Shown here in pieces: positions 8,587 through 18,118 of a stretch of 64,000 nt of DNA (positions within the stretch are counted from its first letter, which is position 1; each line of letters begins with the position of its first letter). Below the pieces are notes generated by a model that had not been told where the DNA came from, searched no databases, and worked only from the letters and a program-made list of their open reading frames with translations. The position numbers and the translations under genes are program-made. Source of the DNA: Oscillospiraceae bacterium (GTDB lineage Bacteria > Bacillota > Clostridia > Oscillospirales > Ruminococcaceae); contig JAEELE010000074.1 in the NCBI GenBank assembly GCA_016288755.1, forward strand, positions 32,711 through 96,710, given 5' to 3'.

Positions 8587-10664
8587 AGCGGTCTTTCGTA
8601 GCCGCAGCCGGGGTTTTCACAGACCAGCTTGCCCGCGCGTCCGCCCTTTTTGAAGAGCGTATTCTGACATTTGGGGCAGCGGTCCCCGACCGGCGTCGAC
8701 CATGTCATGAAGCTGCACTCGGGGTATCCCTCGCAGCCGTAGAAGCTGCGCCCCTTCTTCGATTTCTTGATGATGATCTTCTTGCCGCACAGCGGGCAGA
8801 AGCCCTTCGTCGGCAGCACGATCTTCTTGGTGTTGCGGCAGTCCGGGAATCCGGAGCAGGCGAGGAATTTGCCGAAGCGCCCGATCTTGATGACCATCGG
8901 CTTGCCGCAGACATCGCAGACCTCGTCGGTCTCCTCGTCGGGCACGCGCAGACGCTTGCCGTCCATCGCCTTTTCGGCGGTCTCGAGGGTCTTCTCAAAG
9001 CCCTCGTAGAAGGTGCGCAGGCACTCGACCCAGTCGGTCTGCCCGTGCTCCACGCCGTCGAGATCGCTCTCCATGCCGGCGGTAAATTTCACGTCGACGA
9101 TCTGCTTGAACTGCTCCTTCATGAGCTGTGTGGTGACCTCGCCGAGCGAGGTGGGCTTTAATTGCTTGCCGTCGCGCTCGACATACATGCGCGAGAGGAT
9201 CGTGCCGACCGTCGCCGCATAGGTGGACGGACGCCCGATTCCGTTCTCCTCGAGCGCCTTGATCAGCGTCGCCTCGGTGTAGCGGGAGGGCGGCTGCGTA
9301 AAGTGCTGGTTCGCATCGACCGACTTGACCCGGAGCGGGTCGCCCTCGGTCAGCGGCGGCAGCTCCTTGTTGTCCTCCTCGGTCTGTGCGCCGTCCTTCG
9401 CCTCCTCATAGAGGCGGGTGAAGCCGTCGAACTTGACGCTGAACCCGGTCGCGCGGAAGAGGCAGTCTGCGGCGGTGATATCCGCGGAGACCGTGTCGAG
9501 CTGGCAGTTTGCCATCTGGCTCGCGATGAAGCGCTCCCAGATCAGCTTGTAGAGCTTGTACTGATCGGTCGTGAGGCTCGCCTTGACCTGATCGGGCGTC
9601 AGCGCGGGCATGGTCGGGCGGATCGCCTCGTGCGCATCCTGCGCTCCTGCCTTTGTCTTATAGGTCGGCGGGGTCGCCGGGAGATACTGCTTTCCGTAAG
9701 CCTTTGCGATATACGCCGCTGCCGCCGCCTTTGCCTCGTCGGAGACGCGCAGCGAATCGGTACGCATATAGGTGATCAGACCGACCGCGCCGAGGTCGGG
9801 CAGCTCCACGCCTTCATAGAGCTCCTGCGCGGTCTTCATCGTGCGGCGCGCCTGAAAGCTCATGCGGCGCGAAGCCTCCTGCTGGAGCGTCGAGGTGATG
9901 AAGGGCGGCGCGGGCTTGCGGCTCGTCACGCGCTTCTTCACCGATCTGACCACGAATGCCGCTCCCTCCAGCGTCTCGAGAACGGCGTTTGCCTGCTCGC
10001 CGGTCGCGAGCTCCGCCTTTTTGCCGCCGACCTCGACCAGATGCGCCGAGAACACGCGGCGCGAGGATTTCGCGGTCAGCTTGGCGTCGATCGACCAATA
10101 TTCCCGCGGCACAAAGGCGCGGATCTCCTCCTCGCGGTCGACGACCAGACGCACGGCGACCGACTGCACTCTGCCCGCAGAGAGCCCGCGGCGGATCTTG
10201 CGCCAGAGAAACGGGCTGAGCTGATAGCCGACGATGCGGTCGAGGATGCGGCGCGCCTGCTGTGCATTGACCAGATCGAGGTCGATGCGGTGCGGGTGCG
10301 ACATGCCGGTCTGCACGCCGGTCTGGGTGATCTCGTTGAATTCGACACGGTTGTCCTGCGCGATATCGAGCCCCAGAAGCTGCGCTAAATGCCACGAGAT
10401 CGCCTCTCCCTCGCGGTCCGGGTCCGTCGCGAGCCAGACGCGGCTGGCTTTCTTCGCGCGGCTTTTCAGGTCGCGGATGACGTCCTCCTTGCCCTTCATC
10501 TCGATGTAGGTCGGGGCAAAGTCGTGCTCGATATCGACACTGAGCTTGGATTTCGGCAGATCGCGCACATGACCCATCGACGCGACGACCTCAAAGCCCT
10601 TGCCGAGGTATTTCTGAATGGTTTTTGCCTTTGCAGGCGATTCCACGATTACGAGTTCTGACAT
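8583..10664 (-). CDS. topA: DNA topoisomerase I
   Basis: 693 aa. TOPRIM N-terminus (LVIVESPAKAKTIQKYLG), active-site region ITYMRTDS and C-terminal Cys4 zinc ribbons. Confidence 0.96.
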   Translation of the reverse strand: MSELVIVESPAKAKTIQKYLGKGFEVVASMGHVRDLPKSKLSVDIEHDFAPTYIEMKGKEDVIRDLKSRAKKASRVWLATDPDREGEAISWHLAQLLGLDIAQDNRVEFNEITQTGVQTGMSHPHRIDLDLVNAQQARRILDRIVGYQLSPFLWRKIRRGLSAGRVQSVAVRLVVDREEEIRAFVPREYWSIDAKLTAKSSRRVFSAHLVEVGGKKAELATGEQANAVLETLEGAAFVVRSVKKRVTSRKPAPPFITSTLQQEASRRMSFQARRTMKTAQELYEGVELPDLGAVGLITYMRTDSLRVSDEAKAAAAAYIAKAYGKQYLPATPPTYKTKAGAQDAHEAIRPTMPALTPDQVKASLTTDQYKLYKLIWERFIASQMANCQLDTVSADITAADCLFRATGFSVKFDGFTRLYEEAKDGAQTEEDNKELPPLTEGDPLRVKSVDANQHFTQPPSRYTEATLIKALEENGIGRPSTYAATVGTILSRMYVERDGKQLKPTSLGEVTTQLMKEQFKQIVDVKFTAGMESDLDGVEHGQTDWVECLRTFYEGFEKTLETAEKAMDGKRLRVPDEETDEVCDVCGKPMVIKIGRFGKFLACSGFPDCRNTKKIVLPTKGFCPLCGKKIIIKKSKKGRSFYGCEGYPECSFMTWSTPVGDRCPKCQNTLFKKGGRAGKLVCENPGCGYERPL

Positions 10665-10712
10665 GTTGGTTTCCTTTCATGGCGGACACTGCCGCCGGGA
10701 TTTCGCCGCCGG

Positions 10713-11972
10713 TCAGACGGCGCGGTATTGCTTTCCGAAGAGCGATTCGATATAGCCGTCGAGCTCAAGCCCCGTCAGCGTGCTGAGCATGTCGCTGAGG
10801 TCGATGTCGAGCGCGCGGGCAATGTCGTCGGCATAGGTCGGTCCGTTCCGGCGCAGAAATTCCACGATCTGCCGCTCCGTCTCATCCTCCGGCAGCGGTG
10901 ATGTGCATTCCGCCGGTGCGGGCGGCTGCGGCGGCTTCTGCGGCTCGGGTGCCGCGGGCGCTGACTGCGGCTCGGGCTTCTGCGGATGCCGCTCGTCCGT
11001 GAGCGTCTCCGGTGCGCCGGCATAGACCGCGTGCGCCGAGACCCTGTCGCCGTCCGGCGGGAGCATGATATCCTGCGGATGCTCCGGGTAATAGAGATTG
11101 AGGATATCGCGGTGACTCATCAGCGGATAGGCGCCGTCGCGCAGCAGCGGCACGACGCCCGCATAGCGCGGGTCGAACAGATCGGCAGGCGGCACGGCGA
11201 AGAGATAGCGCCCCTGATCGAAGGCGCACTGCGCCGTGACGAGAGACCCCGAGCGCATCGCAGCCTCCATGACGGCAGTCGCCTCGCTCAGACCGCTCAG
11301 GATGCGGTTGCGGCGCGGGAAATTCGCCGGATAGGGCTGGATGCCGGGCAGATACTCCGAGAGCAGCAGCCCCTGCCCCGAGGAGAGCATCCGCTCGCGC
11401 AGCGCCGAATGCTCACGCGGATAGTTGACATTGATGCCGCAGCCGAGCACGGCGATTGTCTTGCCGCCGCAGTCGAGCGCCGTGGTGTGCGCGATCGCGT
11501 CGACGCCCTTTGCAAAGCCACTGACGATCACGAAATCGTTCTCCAGCAGATTTCTGAGGATGGTCGCGGTGACGCGCTCGGTGTAGGGCGAGGGGCGCCG
11601 CGTGCCGACGACCGACAGCGCGACCGGGCTGTGCAGCAGCGAGAGATTGCCCGCCGCTGTCAGCAGAATCGGCGGCGCGGAGATGCTCGAGAGCATCTCC
11701 GGATAATCGGGGTGATCCATCGGCAGCAGCGTGATGCCGTGCTGCAGGCAGTAATAGACAATGCTGTCCGCCTCGCCGATCGTATGCTTGACCATCTGCT
11801 GCTGCACATTCTGCGGTACACCGTGCACGGCTCCGGACTGCATTGCGTCATACAGTGCATCCGCCGAGCCGTATTCGCGGAGATACTGCAGCACCTTTGT
11901 ACTGCCGGGCTGAAAGACCATCGACAGCCAAACCCAGTATCGGAGCTGTCCCGGATCGCGTTGATCAGCCAT
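10713..11972 (-). CDS. dprA: DNA processing protein DprA (Smf)
   Basis: 419 aa. Rossmann-like DprA core SGFAKGVDAIAH...FPRRNRILSGLS...SGSLVTA. Pro-rich linker and a C-terminal winged-helix-like tail. Confidence 0.9.
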   Translation of the reverse strand: MADQRDPGQLRYWVWLSMVFQPGSTKVLQYLREYGSADALYDAMQSGAVHGVPQNVQQQMVKHTIGEADSIVYYCLQHGITLLPMDHPDYPEMLSSISAPPILLTAAGNLSLLHSPVALSVVGTRRPSPYTERVTATILRNLLENDFVIVSGFAKGVDAIAHTTALDCGGKTIAVLGCGINVNYPREHSALRERMLSSGQGLLLSEYLPGIQPYPANFPRRNRILSGLSEATAVMEAAMRSGSLVTAQCAFDQGRYLFAVPPADLFDPRYAGVVPLLRDGAYPLMSHRDILNLYYPEHPQDIMLPPDGDRVSAHAVYAGAPETLTDERHPQKPEPQSAPAAPEPQKPPQPPAPAECTSPLPEDETERQIVEFLRRNGPTYADDIARALDIDLSDMLSTLTGLELDGYIESLFGKQYRAV

Positions 11973-11993
11973 ATTCTCACCTCAGTTGCAGAT

Positions 11994-12791
11994 TCAGTGA
12001 CCTCGGCACATCTCCCAGAGGAAAATGCCCGCAGCCATCGCGGCATTGAGCGAATTGGAGGCTTCGCCCATCGGGATCGTCAGGCGGTGCGCACAGGCAT
12101 CGCTGACCGCGCGCGGCAGACCGTTGCCCTCGTTGCCGATCAGCACGCAGCCGCCCGCAGAAAAAACAAACTGTCCGAGCAGCTCTGCGTCACGGTCGAC
12201 GACCGCCGCACAGGTCGGGATGCCGGATGCCGCACATTCCGACAGGAACGCCGCGTCATCGCCGATGCGCATGACCGGCAGCCGGAACAGCGCGCCCATG
12301 CTGCTGCGGAGCGTTTTGGGGTTGTAGAGGTCGACGCAGTGATAGAGGATGACGCCGTCGGTGCCGAGTGCCTCCGCCGTGCGCAGGATCGCGCCGAGAT
12401 TGGCGGGGTCCTGCAGGCTGTGCAGGCAGAGATAGCATCTGCCCGGCATGAGCGCGAGCGCCTGCTCGGGACGCATTTCGCCGATCGCAAAGACGCCCTG
12501 TGCGTTCTCGGTGTCGGCGATCTGCTTTGCGAGTGCATCGCTGATCAGCAGTCTGCGGACATTCGGTGCCGCCTTCGCGAGCGCCTCCCCGACCGACTGT
12601 CTTGCGTGCTCGGTCAGCAGGATCGCGTGCAGCTTCACGCCCGACTGTGCGGCATCGAGCACGAGCCGGCTGCCCTCCATCGCAAAGAGCCCGAGCTTGT
12701 CCCGATAGTGCCGGCTGCTGTTCAAATGCGCGAAATTACGCACCGTTTGATTGTTGGTGCCGCTCTGGAGCACACGGGAATCGTCCGGCAT
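11994..12791 (-). CDS. TrmH/SpoU family RNA 2'-O-methyltransferase
   Basis: 265 aa. SPOUT motifs LQDPANLGAILRTAEALG, LIGNEGNGL and IPMGEASNSLNAAMAAGI. Confidence 0.87.
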   Translation of the reverse strand: MPDDSRVLQSGTNNQTVRNFAHLNSSRHYRDKLGLFAMEGSRLVLDAAQSGVKLHAILLTEHARQSVGEALAKAAPNVRRLLISDALAKQIADTENAQGVFAIGEMRPEQALALMPGRCYLCLHSLQDPANLGAILRTAEALGTDGVILYHCVDLYNPKTLRSSMGALFRLPVMRIGDDAAFLSECAASGIPTCAAVVDRDAELLGQFVFSAGGCVLIGNEGNGLPRAVSDACAHRLTIPMGEASNSLNAAMAAGIFLWEMCRGH

Positions 12792-12814
12792 CTGCGCACC
12801 TCCCTTTCAGTTAT

Positions 12815-12859
12815 CAGAAAACAGCAAACACGCTCTGACGGAGTCCGAGAGAGCGTGTT
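12815..12859 (-). terminator. Intrinsic terminator after rplT
   Basis: On the minus strand AACACGCTCT...AGAGCGTGTT (12827-12836 / 12850-12859) is followed by TGCTGTTTTC. Confidence 0.6.
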
Positions 12860-12869
12860 CATGCCTATT

Positions 12870-13226
12870 TTAGGAAAGCGCCGCCTTTGCCTGCTCGACG
12901 ATCTTGCTGAAGCCAGCCGGATCATGGATGGCAATCTCGGAGAGCATCTTGCGGTTGAGGGTGATGCCCGCCTTCGTGCAGCCGTTCATGAACGTGGAGT
13001 AGTTCACGCCGTTGAGCTTGCATGCTGCGGAGATGCGGGTGATCCACAGACGGCGGAAGAAGCGCTTGTTCTGCTTTCTGCCGATATAGGCATACTGGCC
13101 GGACTTCATCACCGCCTGCTTCGCCATCTTGAAGTGCTTGGATTTTGCGCCCCAGTAGCCCTTTGCGAGCTTCAGGACTTTATTTCTTCTCTTGCGCGTC
13201 ATCATTGCGCCCTTAATACGAGCCAT
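12870..13226 (-). CDS. rplT: 50S ribosomal protein L20
   Basis: 118 aa: [33 protein letters not shown]... Confidence 0.98.
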   Translation of the reverse strand: MARIKGAMMTRKRRNKVLKLAKGYWGAKSKHFKMAKQAVMKSGQYAYIGRKQNKRFFRRLWITRISAACKLNGVNYSTFMNGCTKAGITLNRKMLSEIAIHDPAGFSKIVEQAKAALS

Positions 13227-13310
13227 GTTCTTTTTCCTCCGTTAAATCTCATTCGCCGCACCGAATGCCCCGCGCGGCATGGGGTCCCGATCCCTTGGGA
13301 TGTGATGTGA

Positions 13311-13529
13311 TTACTTGTACGGGACCATCTCGCGGATCGTCGATGCATTTGCAGCGCTTGCAACGCCGGCGTTTCTCGCGATGCGCTTGACCTTCTTGTC
13401 CTTGGAGACGAGACGATGACGCTTGTATGCGTGCTGGAATGTCACCTTTCCGGTTCCGGTGACCTGAAAGCGCTTCTTCGCGCCGGAATGGGTTTTGACC
13501 TTGATTTTCTTGACCTTAACGGCTGCCAT
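13311..13529 (-). CDS. rpmI: 50S ribosomal protein L35
   Basis: 72 aa: [18 protein letters not shown]... Confidence 0.95.
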   Translation of the reverse strand: MAAVKVKKIKVKTHSGAKKRFQVTGTGKVTFQHAYKRHRLVSKDKKVKRIARNAGVASAANASTIREMVPYK

Positions 13530-13621
13530 GGGTACTTCCTCCTTGAATTTTCGGTATATATGATACGTCTTTGTTCACCGGCACATCTGCCGCAAATCCG
13601 GACGCTGCATATCCGTTCCGA

Positions 13622-14227
13622 TTATGCCTCTTCCGGCTGCTTTGCTTCCTCTGCGGGAGCCGCAGCCTCAGCGGGCTTCTTGGGCTTTGCAGGCTTCTCT
13701 GCCTTTTCGGGCTTGCCTGCCTTCGGTGACATGAACATCACATAGGCTCTGCCCTCCATCTTCGGGGGCTTGTCGACGACCGCGGCGTCACCGATCATTT
13801 CGCGGTATTTCTCGAGCAGCTCGCGACCGAGCTCCGGATGTGCAATCGCACGCTTGCGGAACCGCACCGACACCTTGATCTTGTCGCCGCCCTGCAGAAA
13901 TTTCTTTCCCTGCGCGACAAGGCGCTCAAAGTCATGGGCTTTGATCGCGGAGAACATGCGGATCTCCTTGATCTCGACGATGCGCTGATTCTTGCGCGCT
14001 TCCTTCTCGCGCTTCTGCTGCTCGAACATGTACTTTCCGTAGTCCATGATGCGGCAGACCGGCGGGGTCGCCTGCGGGGCGATCTTCACGAGATCGAGAT
14101 TCTGGTCGTATGCGAGCTTTTGCGCATCTCTTGCAGACATGACGCCGCGCTTTGTGCCGTCAGCATCGATCACCAGCACCTCACGGTCGCGGATGTCCTC
14201 ATTGATTTGCAGTTCCTGCTTGCTAAT
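13622..14227 (-). CDS. infC: Translation initiation factor IF-3, with a non-canonical ATT start
   Basis: The track ORF starts at an internal GTG (14179). The frame stays open upstream and reads ISKQELQINEDIRDREVLVIDADG, starting at ATT (revcomp of aat 14225-14227), 7 nt after GGAGGTG. An AUU start is the classical infC autoregulatory feature. Confidence 0.88.
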   Translation of the reverse strand: MSKQELQINEDIRDREVLVIDADGTKRGVMSARDAQKLAYDQNLDLVKIAPQATPPVCRIMDYGKYMFEQQKREKEARKNQRIVEIKEIRMFSAIKAHDFERLVAQGKKFLQGGDKIKVSVRFRKRAIAHPELGRELLEKYREMIGDAAVVDKPPKMEGRAYVMFMSPKAGKPEKAEKPAKPKKPAEAAAPAEEAKQPEEA

Positions 14228-14259
14228 TGCAAAGCACCTCCCCTTTGTCAGTCGGTTGC

Positions 14260-14302
14260 AAAAAAGTGATGTGAGTGCCGCAGAATTACAGCTCTCACAT
14301 CA
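14260..14302 (-). terminator. Leader (attenuator) terminator upstream of infC
   Basis: The minus strand reads GTGATGTGAG-(18 nt loop)-CTCACATCAC followed by TTTTTT (stems 14293-14302 / 14266-14275, T-run 14260-14265). It lies between the promoter and the infC SD. Confidence 0.75.
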
Positions 14303-14407
14303 CACTTCACACATATAGCACGGCGCAGTGACCGTTCAAATGCCGGGTGATTACCGCTTCGCGTCTTTCAGCCTGCGGTGAGAGCGTCTGCTCTGCTTGC
14401 AATCCAC
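14303..14407 (-). promoter_or_regulatory. Structured 5' leader of the infC-rpmI-rplT operon (candidate L20 leader)
   Basis: About 105 nt of untranslated RNA between the predicted TSS and the attenuator terminator. The position and architecture match the Firmicute L20-dependent attenuation leader. The covariance model was not run. Confidence 0.5.
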
Positions 14408-14413
14408 CCTAAC

Positions 14414-14442
14414 ATTTTACCCGGAATGCCGGGATTTGTCAA
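14414..14442 (-). promoter_or_regulatory. Sigma-A type promoter of the infC operon
   Basis: Minus strand: TTGACA (14437-14442), 17 nt spacer, TAAAAT (14414-14419). Confidence 0.7.
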
Positions 14443-14475
14443 GCACCCCGCGAAACTTTGTGAGCTCCCACAAAA

Positions 14476-16314
14476 TCAGACCGGAAATTTGTCGATCAGA
14501 TGTGCAAGATACTCAAGCAGCAGGCTGCTGTCGTCCGCGGTGATGCCTTCGGCGCCGTTCATCTCGGCGTTGATCTTGCCCTGCGCCGAAACCTCGATCT
14601 CCTGATCCTCCGCGAGGAACCGCGCGAGCAGCACGGCATCCGCGACGTTCACCTCGCCCGAGCAGTCGACGTCGCCGGTCAGCTTGGTCAGGACCGGAGC
14701 GGTCGTATCGGGTTCTGTTTCGGTCGTGGTCGTGGTCGTTGTTGTCTCGGTGGTCGTTGTTGTGACGGTGGTCTCGGTGACCTGCGCCTCGCGCCGGACG
14801 ACGGCGGCTGTGTAGTTGACGACGCCGGAGCCGGTCGAATTGCTGCCGAGCACCAGCGACTCGTTTGCGCCGATCTCCTTCGAGAAAATTTCAAAGGTCA
14901 CGGTGTTGTCGGTGTTCGCGACAAGCCCGGTCTGCGTCCAGCTCTTCAGCCAGTTCGGCGTGATGCCCTGCTCCATCGAAAGGCGCGAATCGACCAGCAC
15001 ATAGACGGTGACATCCTCTGCCGCCTTGAGCGTGGCGCAGTCGCCGGACGCATTCTTGGAATCACATGCCGTGCGGATGTACTCCGCGCCGATCAGCTCG
15101 TTGGGCAGTGTGACGTAGGTGAAGGCGCGGTCGCCGAAGACGGCGTCGCCGACCCTGAGCTCGTCGTCGATGCCCCAGTCCGTGCCGGCGATCTGCTCGT
15201 GCACGGTCAGCTTTTCAATCAGCTCGCCGGAAAGTGTGGGCTCCTCCTCGGGCAGCAGCGCCAGATTGACAACATTCTTGCCCCAGTTGCCGTACCAGGC
15301 ATAGCCCGTGCGGCGCTCCTTGCTGATCTCGGAGACGTCGTAATGGACCGAGCTGTCGCGGTCGGAGAAGAGCGGAATCTGCCGGTCGATATCGTAGAAG
15401 CGCGCCCACAGCGGGTCGGCGTTCGCATCCTGCACGACGACCTTGTCATCGCCCTGCGAGACAAATTTGATGCCGGTCAGCGTGACCTTTTGGAACCACC
15501 TGATCGCGGCATTGACCGCGCGCACAATGTCGATGCGGTTGGTCTCCTGCGCGTATTTGTAGAGGAAGGTGATAACGCCCGCGGACTCGCTCGTGCACAG
15601 CGACGGCAGCTCATAGGCGCGTGCGGCAGCGGGAGCGAGCGTGTTCTCGTCGTGCTGCTGGCACCATGCGGTCTTGACGCCGTTGACGGTGATCTGCATG
15701 TCGAGCAGGCACTGGATCGCTTTCTCGAGCGACTGCCCCGCCTTCTGAGCATATTCGTCGCTGACTCCGGTGAAATCGCCGGTCTTGCTGCGCATTTCCT
15801 TCATGATGTCCATGATGTGGAGATAGGCGCCGTCATTGAGCGTGATGTGCGCGTGATAGGTGCCGGGCGTGTTGAGCACCTGCATGTAGCCGCCGTTGGA
15901 ATACTGCATCTTGAAGAGGCAGTCGATGCCGCGCATCGCACAGTCAAAGTATTTCTGCTGCCCGGTCGCCTTCCAGACGCGCATCAGAATGCGGATCTGC
16001 GAGGTGGTCGCATCGTTGTCGACCGTCGAGTGCGACCAGTCGCCGGTCTGCTCGGTCGCCATGCCCTTGCGCCAGCCGCCCTCGCCGGAGATCTGATACC
16101 TGATGCAGTCATCCGCGACGCCGATCGCCTCGGAGGACGATGCCCAGCTCGCGTCCTTTTTCAGATAGGTGCTCCACGGGTAGTCGTCGGCAGCGGCGGA
16201 GGCGGTGATCGCCTGCGGCGCGCAGGGCAGCGCATCGGGCAGATACGCCCCCAGCGACAGCAGCAGTGCTGCGCTCATCACGAAAGCGCCGCGGCGGAGT
16301 GTCTGTTTTCTCAT
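14476..16314 (-). CDS. Secreted pectate lyase (PL10-like) with a CBM-like module, Thr linker and type I dockerin
   Basis: 612 aa. Signal peptide MRKQTLRRGAFVMSAALLLSLGA. PelA/Pel-15E-like core (GEGGWRKG, VDNDATTSQIRILMRVW, MQYSNGGY). A ~140 aa beta-module (FGDRAFTYVTLPNELIGAEYIRTACD). Poly-Thr linker. Dockerin GDVDCSGEVNVADAVLLARFLAED...ITADDSSLLLEYLA. Confidence 0.75.
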   Translation of the reverse strand: MRKQTLRRGAFVMSAALLLSLGAYLPDALPCAPQAITASAAADDYPWSTYLKKDASWASSSEAIGVADDCIRYQISGEGGWRKGMATEQTGDWSHSTVDNDATTSQIRILMRVWKATGQQKYFDCAMRGIDCLFKMQYSNGGYMQVLNTPGTYHAHITLNDGAYLHIMDIMKEMRSKTGDFTGVSDEYAQKAGQSLEKAIQCLLDMQITVNGVKTAWCQQHDENTLAPAAARAYELPSLCTSESAGVITFLYKYAQETNRIDIVRAVNAAIRWFQKVTLTGIKFVSQGDDKVVVQDANADPLWARFYDIDRQIPLFSDRDSSVHYDVSEISKERRTGYAWYGNWGKNVVNLALLPEEEPTLSGELIEKLTVHEQIAGTDWGIDDELRVGDAVFGDRAFTYVTLPNELIGAEYIRTACDSKNASGDCATLKAAEDVTVYVLVDSRLSMEQGITPNWLKSWTQTGLVANTDNTVTFEIFSKEIGANESLVLGSNSTGSGVVNYTAAVVRREAQVTETTVTTTTTETTTTTTTTETEPDTTAPVLTKLTGDVDCSGEVNVADAVLLARFLAEDQEIEVSAQGKINAEMNGAEGITADDSSLLLEYLAHLIDKFPV

Positions 16315-16365
16315 AAATCATTCCCCCTGTTTCCTTTTGCGGGAGCATACTACTCCCCTCATTTT

Positions 16366-16394
16366 ATTATACCGCAGAACATCTGCGATTGCAA
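16366..16394 (-). promoter_or_regulatory. Sigma-A type promoter of the pectate lyase gene
   Basis: Minus strand: TTGCAA (16389-16394), 17 nt spacer, TATAAT (16366-16371), about 50 nt upstream of the ATG. Confidence 0.6.
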
Positions 16395-16524
16395 TAGCAG
16401 ATTGCACACGAAAACTGACAAATTGTAGCCAATCAAGAGCAAGAAATGGCGATTCCATGTTAGCTGCACAAACTTATTTACAAAACCTTAAGGCAAAATT
16501 GTCAGAAACCGTCAAGGATTCACG

Positions 16525-16553
16525 TTGACTTTTCAGCAGATTTGTGGTATGAT
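16525..16553 (+). promoter_or_regulatory. Sigma-A type promoter of the diguanylate cyclase gene
   Basis: TTGACT (16525-16530), 17 nt spacer, TATGAT (16548-16553). Confidence 0.6.
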
Positions 16554-16637
16554 AGAGTGAGAAGAATCCTGTATGTGCATGCGCGGACCGAACCGTGCGC
16601 ATGCCCGCAGCAGATCAAAAGGGGGGGCTTTCTGTTG

Positions 16638-18074
16638 ATGCTCTCAGCCATGTCTGTCATTCTGCTGATCGGGATGTTTTTAACAGGAGGCGTCGTCCTC
16701 GTAATCCTGATGGATCAGCACGAAAACGCACTGCGCGAATATGCCGTGCTCGGGCTGTTCTGCTCCATCCTGATCATGCTTGCGTACTATGTCGAGCTCA
16801 ACACGCCGGGCTTCGCTGCGAAGATCGACGCGGTCAAATTCGGATATGTCGGCAAGGTCTTTGTCAATCCGATGCTCCTCATGCTGGTCATGCGGTATTA
16901 TAATGTCCATGTCGGCAGATTCTGGCAGGCAATGCTCTATCTGATCCCGATTGTTACGATCTATCTGGTTTTCAACTGCGAACGGCAGACGCTGTATTAT
17001 GCCGATATCCGCATGGATGCGGAGGGGCTGATCCACGTCGTGCCCGGCGTTTTCTATTATGTCTACATCGGCTACAACACTCTGCTGGCAATGCTCCATC
17101 TCGCGTTCTGTCTCTATGAGCGCGCAGGGCTCCGCGGACGGGAAAAAGCAAACAACAATCTGCTGATCGCCGCCTGTCTGCTGCCCTTTCTCGCACTGCT
17201 GACCTATCTCTCCGGCTGGACCGGCGGACTGGACACCAGCCCGCTCGGCGTCATGGCGGGCGCGCTGAGCATCGCCTTCTCGATCTTCCGGTACGGTCTG
17301 CTCAATAAGGACGACATGCTGCAGAGCATGGCGACCGGGCTGATCTTCCTCGACAGCGACAACCGCCTGATCTACGCCAACCGTGCCGCGACCCGCATTT
17401 TCCCGGTGCTGAGCAACGCACACACCGCCGCAAAGCAGGACCTCTCACCGCTGTGCACGTCGGAGCTTGCCGCAGTGCAGCGCGACGGCGCGACCTATCA
17501 GCGCCGCATCACAGAGTGGAGCAGCGGCGACGGACAGCACGGCAAGCTGCTCACCTACGACGACGTGACCGAGATCCGCGCGCGCCTGAGCCGGGACGGC
17601 ATGACCGGTCTGCTCAACCACGCGACCTTCTATCCCACGCTTGACGACGCCATGTCCGACGCGAACAACGGCGGACCGAATGTCTCGGTGTCCATCGCCG
17701 ATATCGACAGCTTCAAGCAGATCAACGACGCATACGGGCACGCGAACGGCGACACTGTTCTGATCGAGCTCGCAAGGATTCTGCAGGAGATCTGCGGTCC
17801 GCACGGCGATGTGTTCCGCTACGGCGGCGAGGAATTTGCAGTGATCTTCCGCATGCCGTTCGCCAAGGCGGAGGCGGTCATGGCGGAGGCGCTGGCAAAG
17901 TTCAGCGCGATCGAATTCGACTTTATCGGCAGACCGGTCACCTTCAGCTACGGCACCGCGGAATTCAACGCGACCGAAAACTCCGTCGAGCTCTTTGAAC
18001 GCGCCGACCAGCTGATGTATCAGCGCAAGCGTGCCCTGCACCAGCGCGAGCGCGAGGCGGCAGGCGCACAGTGA
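16638..18074 (+). CDS. Membrane-bound diguanylate cyclase (7TM sensor - PAS-like - GGDEF)
   Basis: GGEEF active site (FRYGGEEFAVIF) and a multi-pass hydrophobic N-terminal domain. The ATG at 16638 follows AAAGGGGGG; the track ORF start at 16542 lies inside the promoter. Confidence 0.88.
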   Translation: MLSAMSVILLIGMFLTGGVVLVILMDQHENALREYAVLGLFCSILIMLAYYVELNTPGFAAKIDAVKFGYVGKVFVNPMLLMLVMRYYNVHVGRFWQAMLYLIPIVTIYLVFNCERQTLYYADIRMDAEGLIHVVPGVFYYVYIGYNTLLAMLHLAFCLYERAGLRGREKANNNLLIAACLLPFLALLTYLSGWTGGLDTSPLGVMAGALSIAFSIFRYGLLNKDDMLQSMATGLIFLDSDNRLIYANRAATRIFPVLSNAHTAAKQDLSPLCTSELAAVQRDGATYQRRITEWSSGDGQHGKLLTYDDVTEIRARLSRDGMTGLLNHATFYPTLDDAMSDANNGGPNVSVSIADIDSFKQINDAYGHANGDTVLIELARILQEICGPHGDVFRYGGEEFAVIFRMPFAKAEAVMAEALAKFSAIEFDFIGRPVTFSYGTAEFNATENSVELFERADQLMYQRKRALHQREREAAGAQ

Positions 18075-18118
18075 GCGTCGAACTCTGAAAGGAGGCGGGC
18101 ACAGTCCCGCGCAATGCA

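Noticed and set aside
10986-13310. 774-aa plus-strand ORF
   Set aside because: It runs antisense across three separate, well-supported minus-strand genes (dprA, the TrmH-family methyltransferase and rplT) and their intergenic terminator. It cannot be a real gene.
14500-16428. 642-aa plus-strand ORF. Similar long ORFs occur at 21422..23851 (+), 44636..47500 (+) and 47355..49661 (+)
   Set aside because: All are antisense to CAZyme genes that carry signal peptides, catalytic motifs and dockerins. Their translated products are Arg/Gly/Val/Leu-rich with no motifs.
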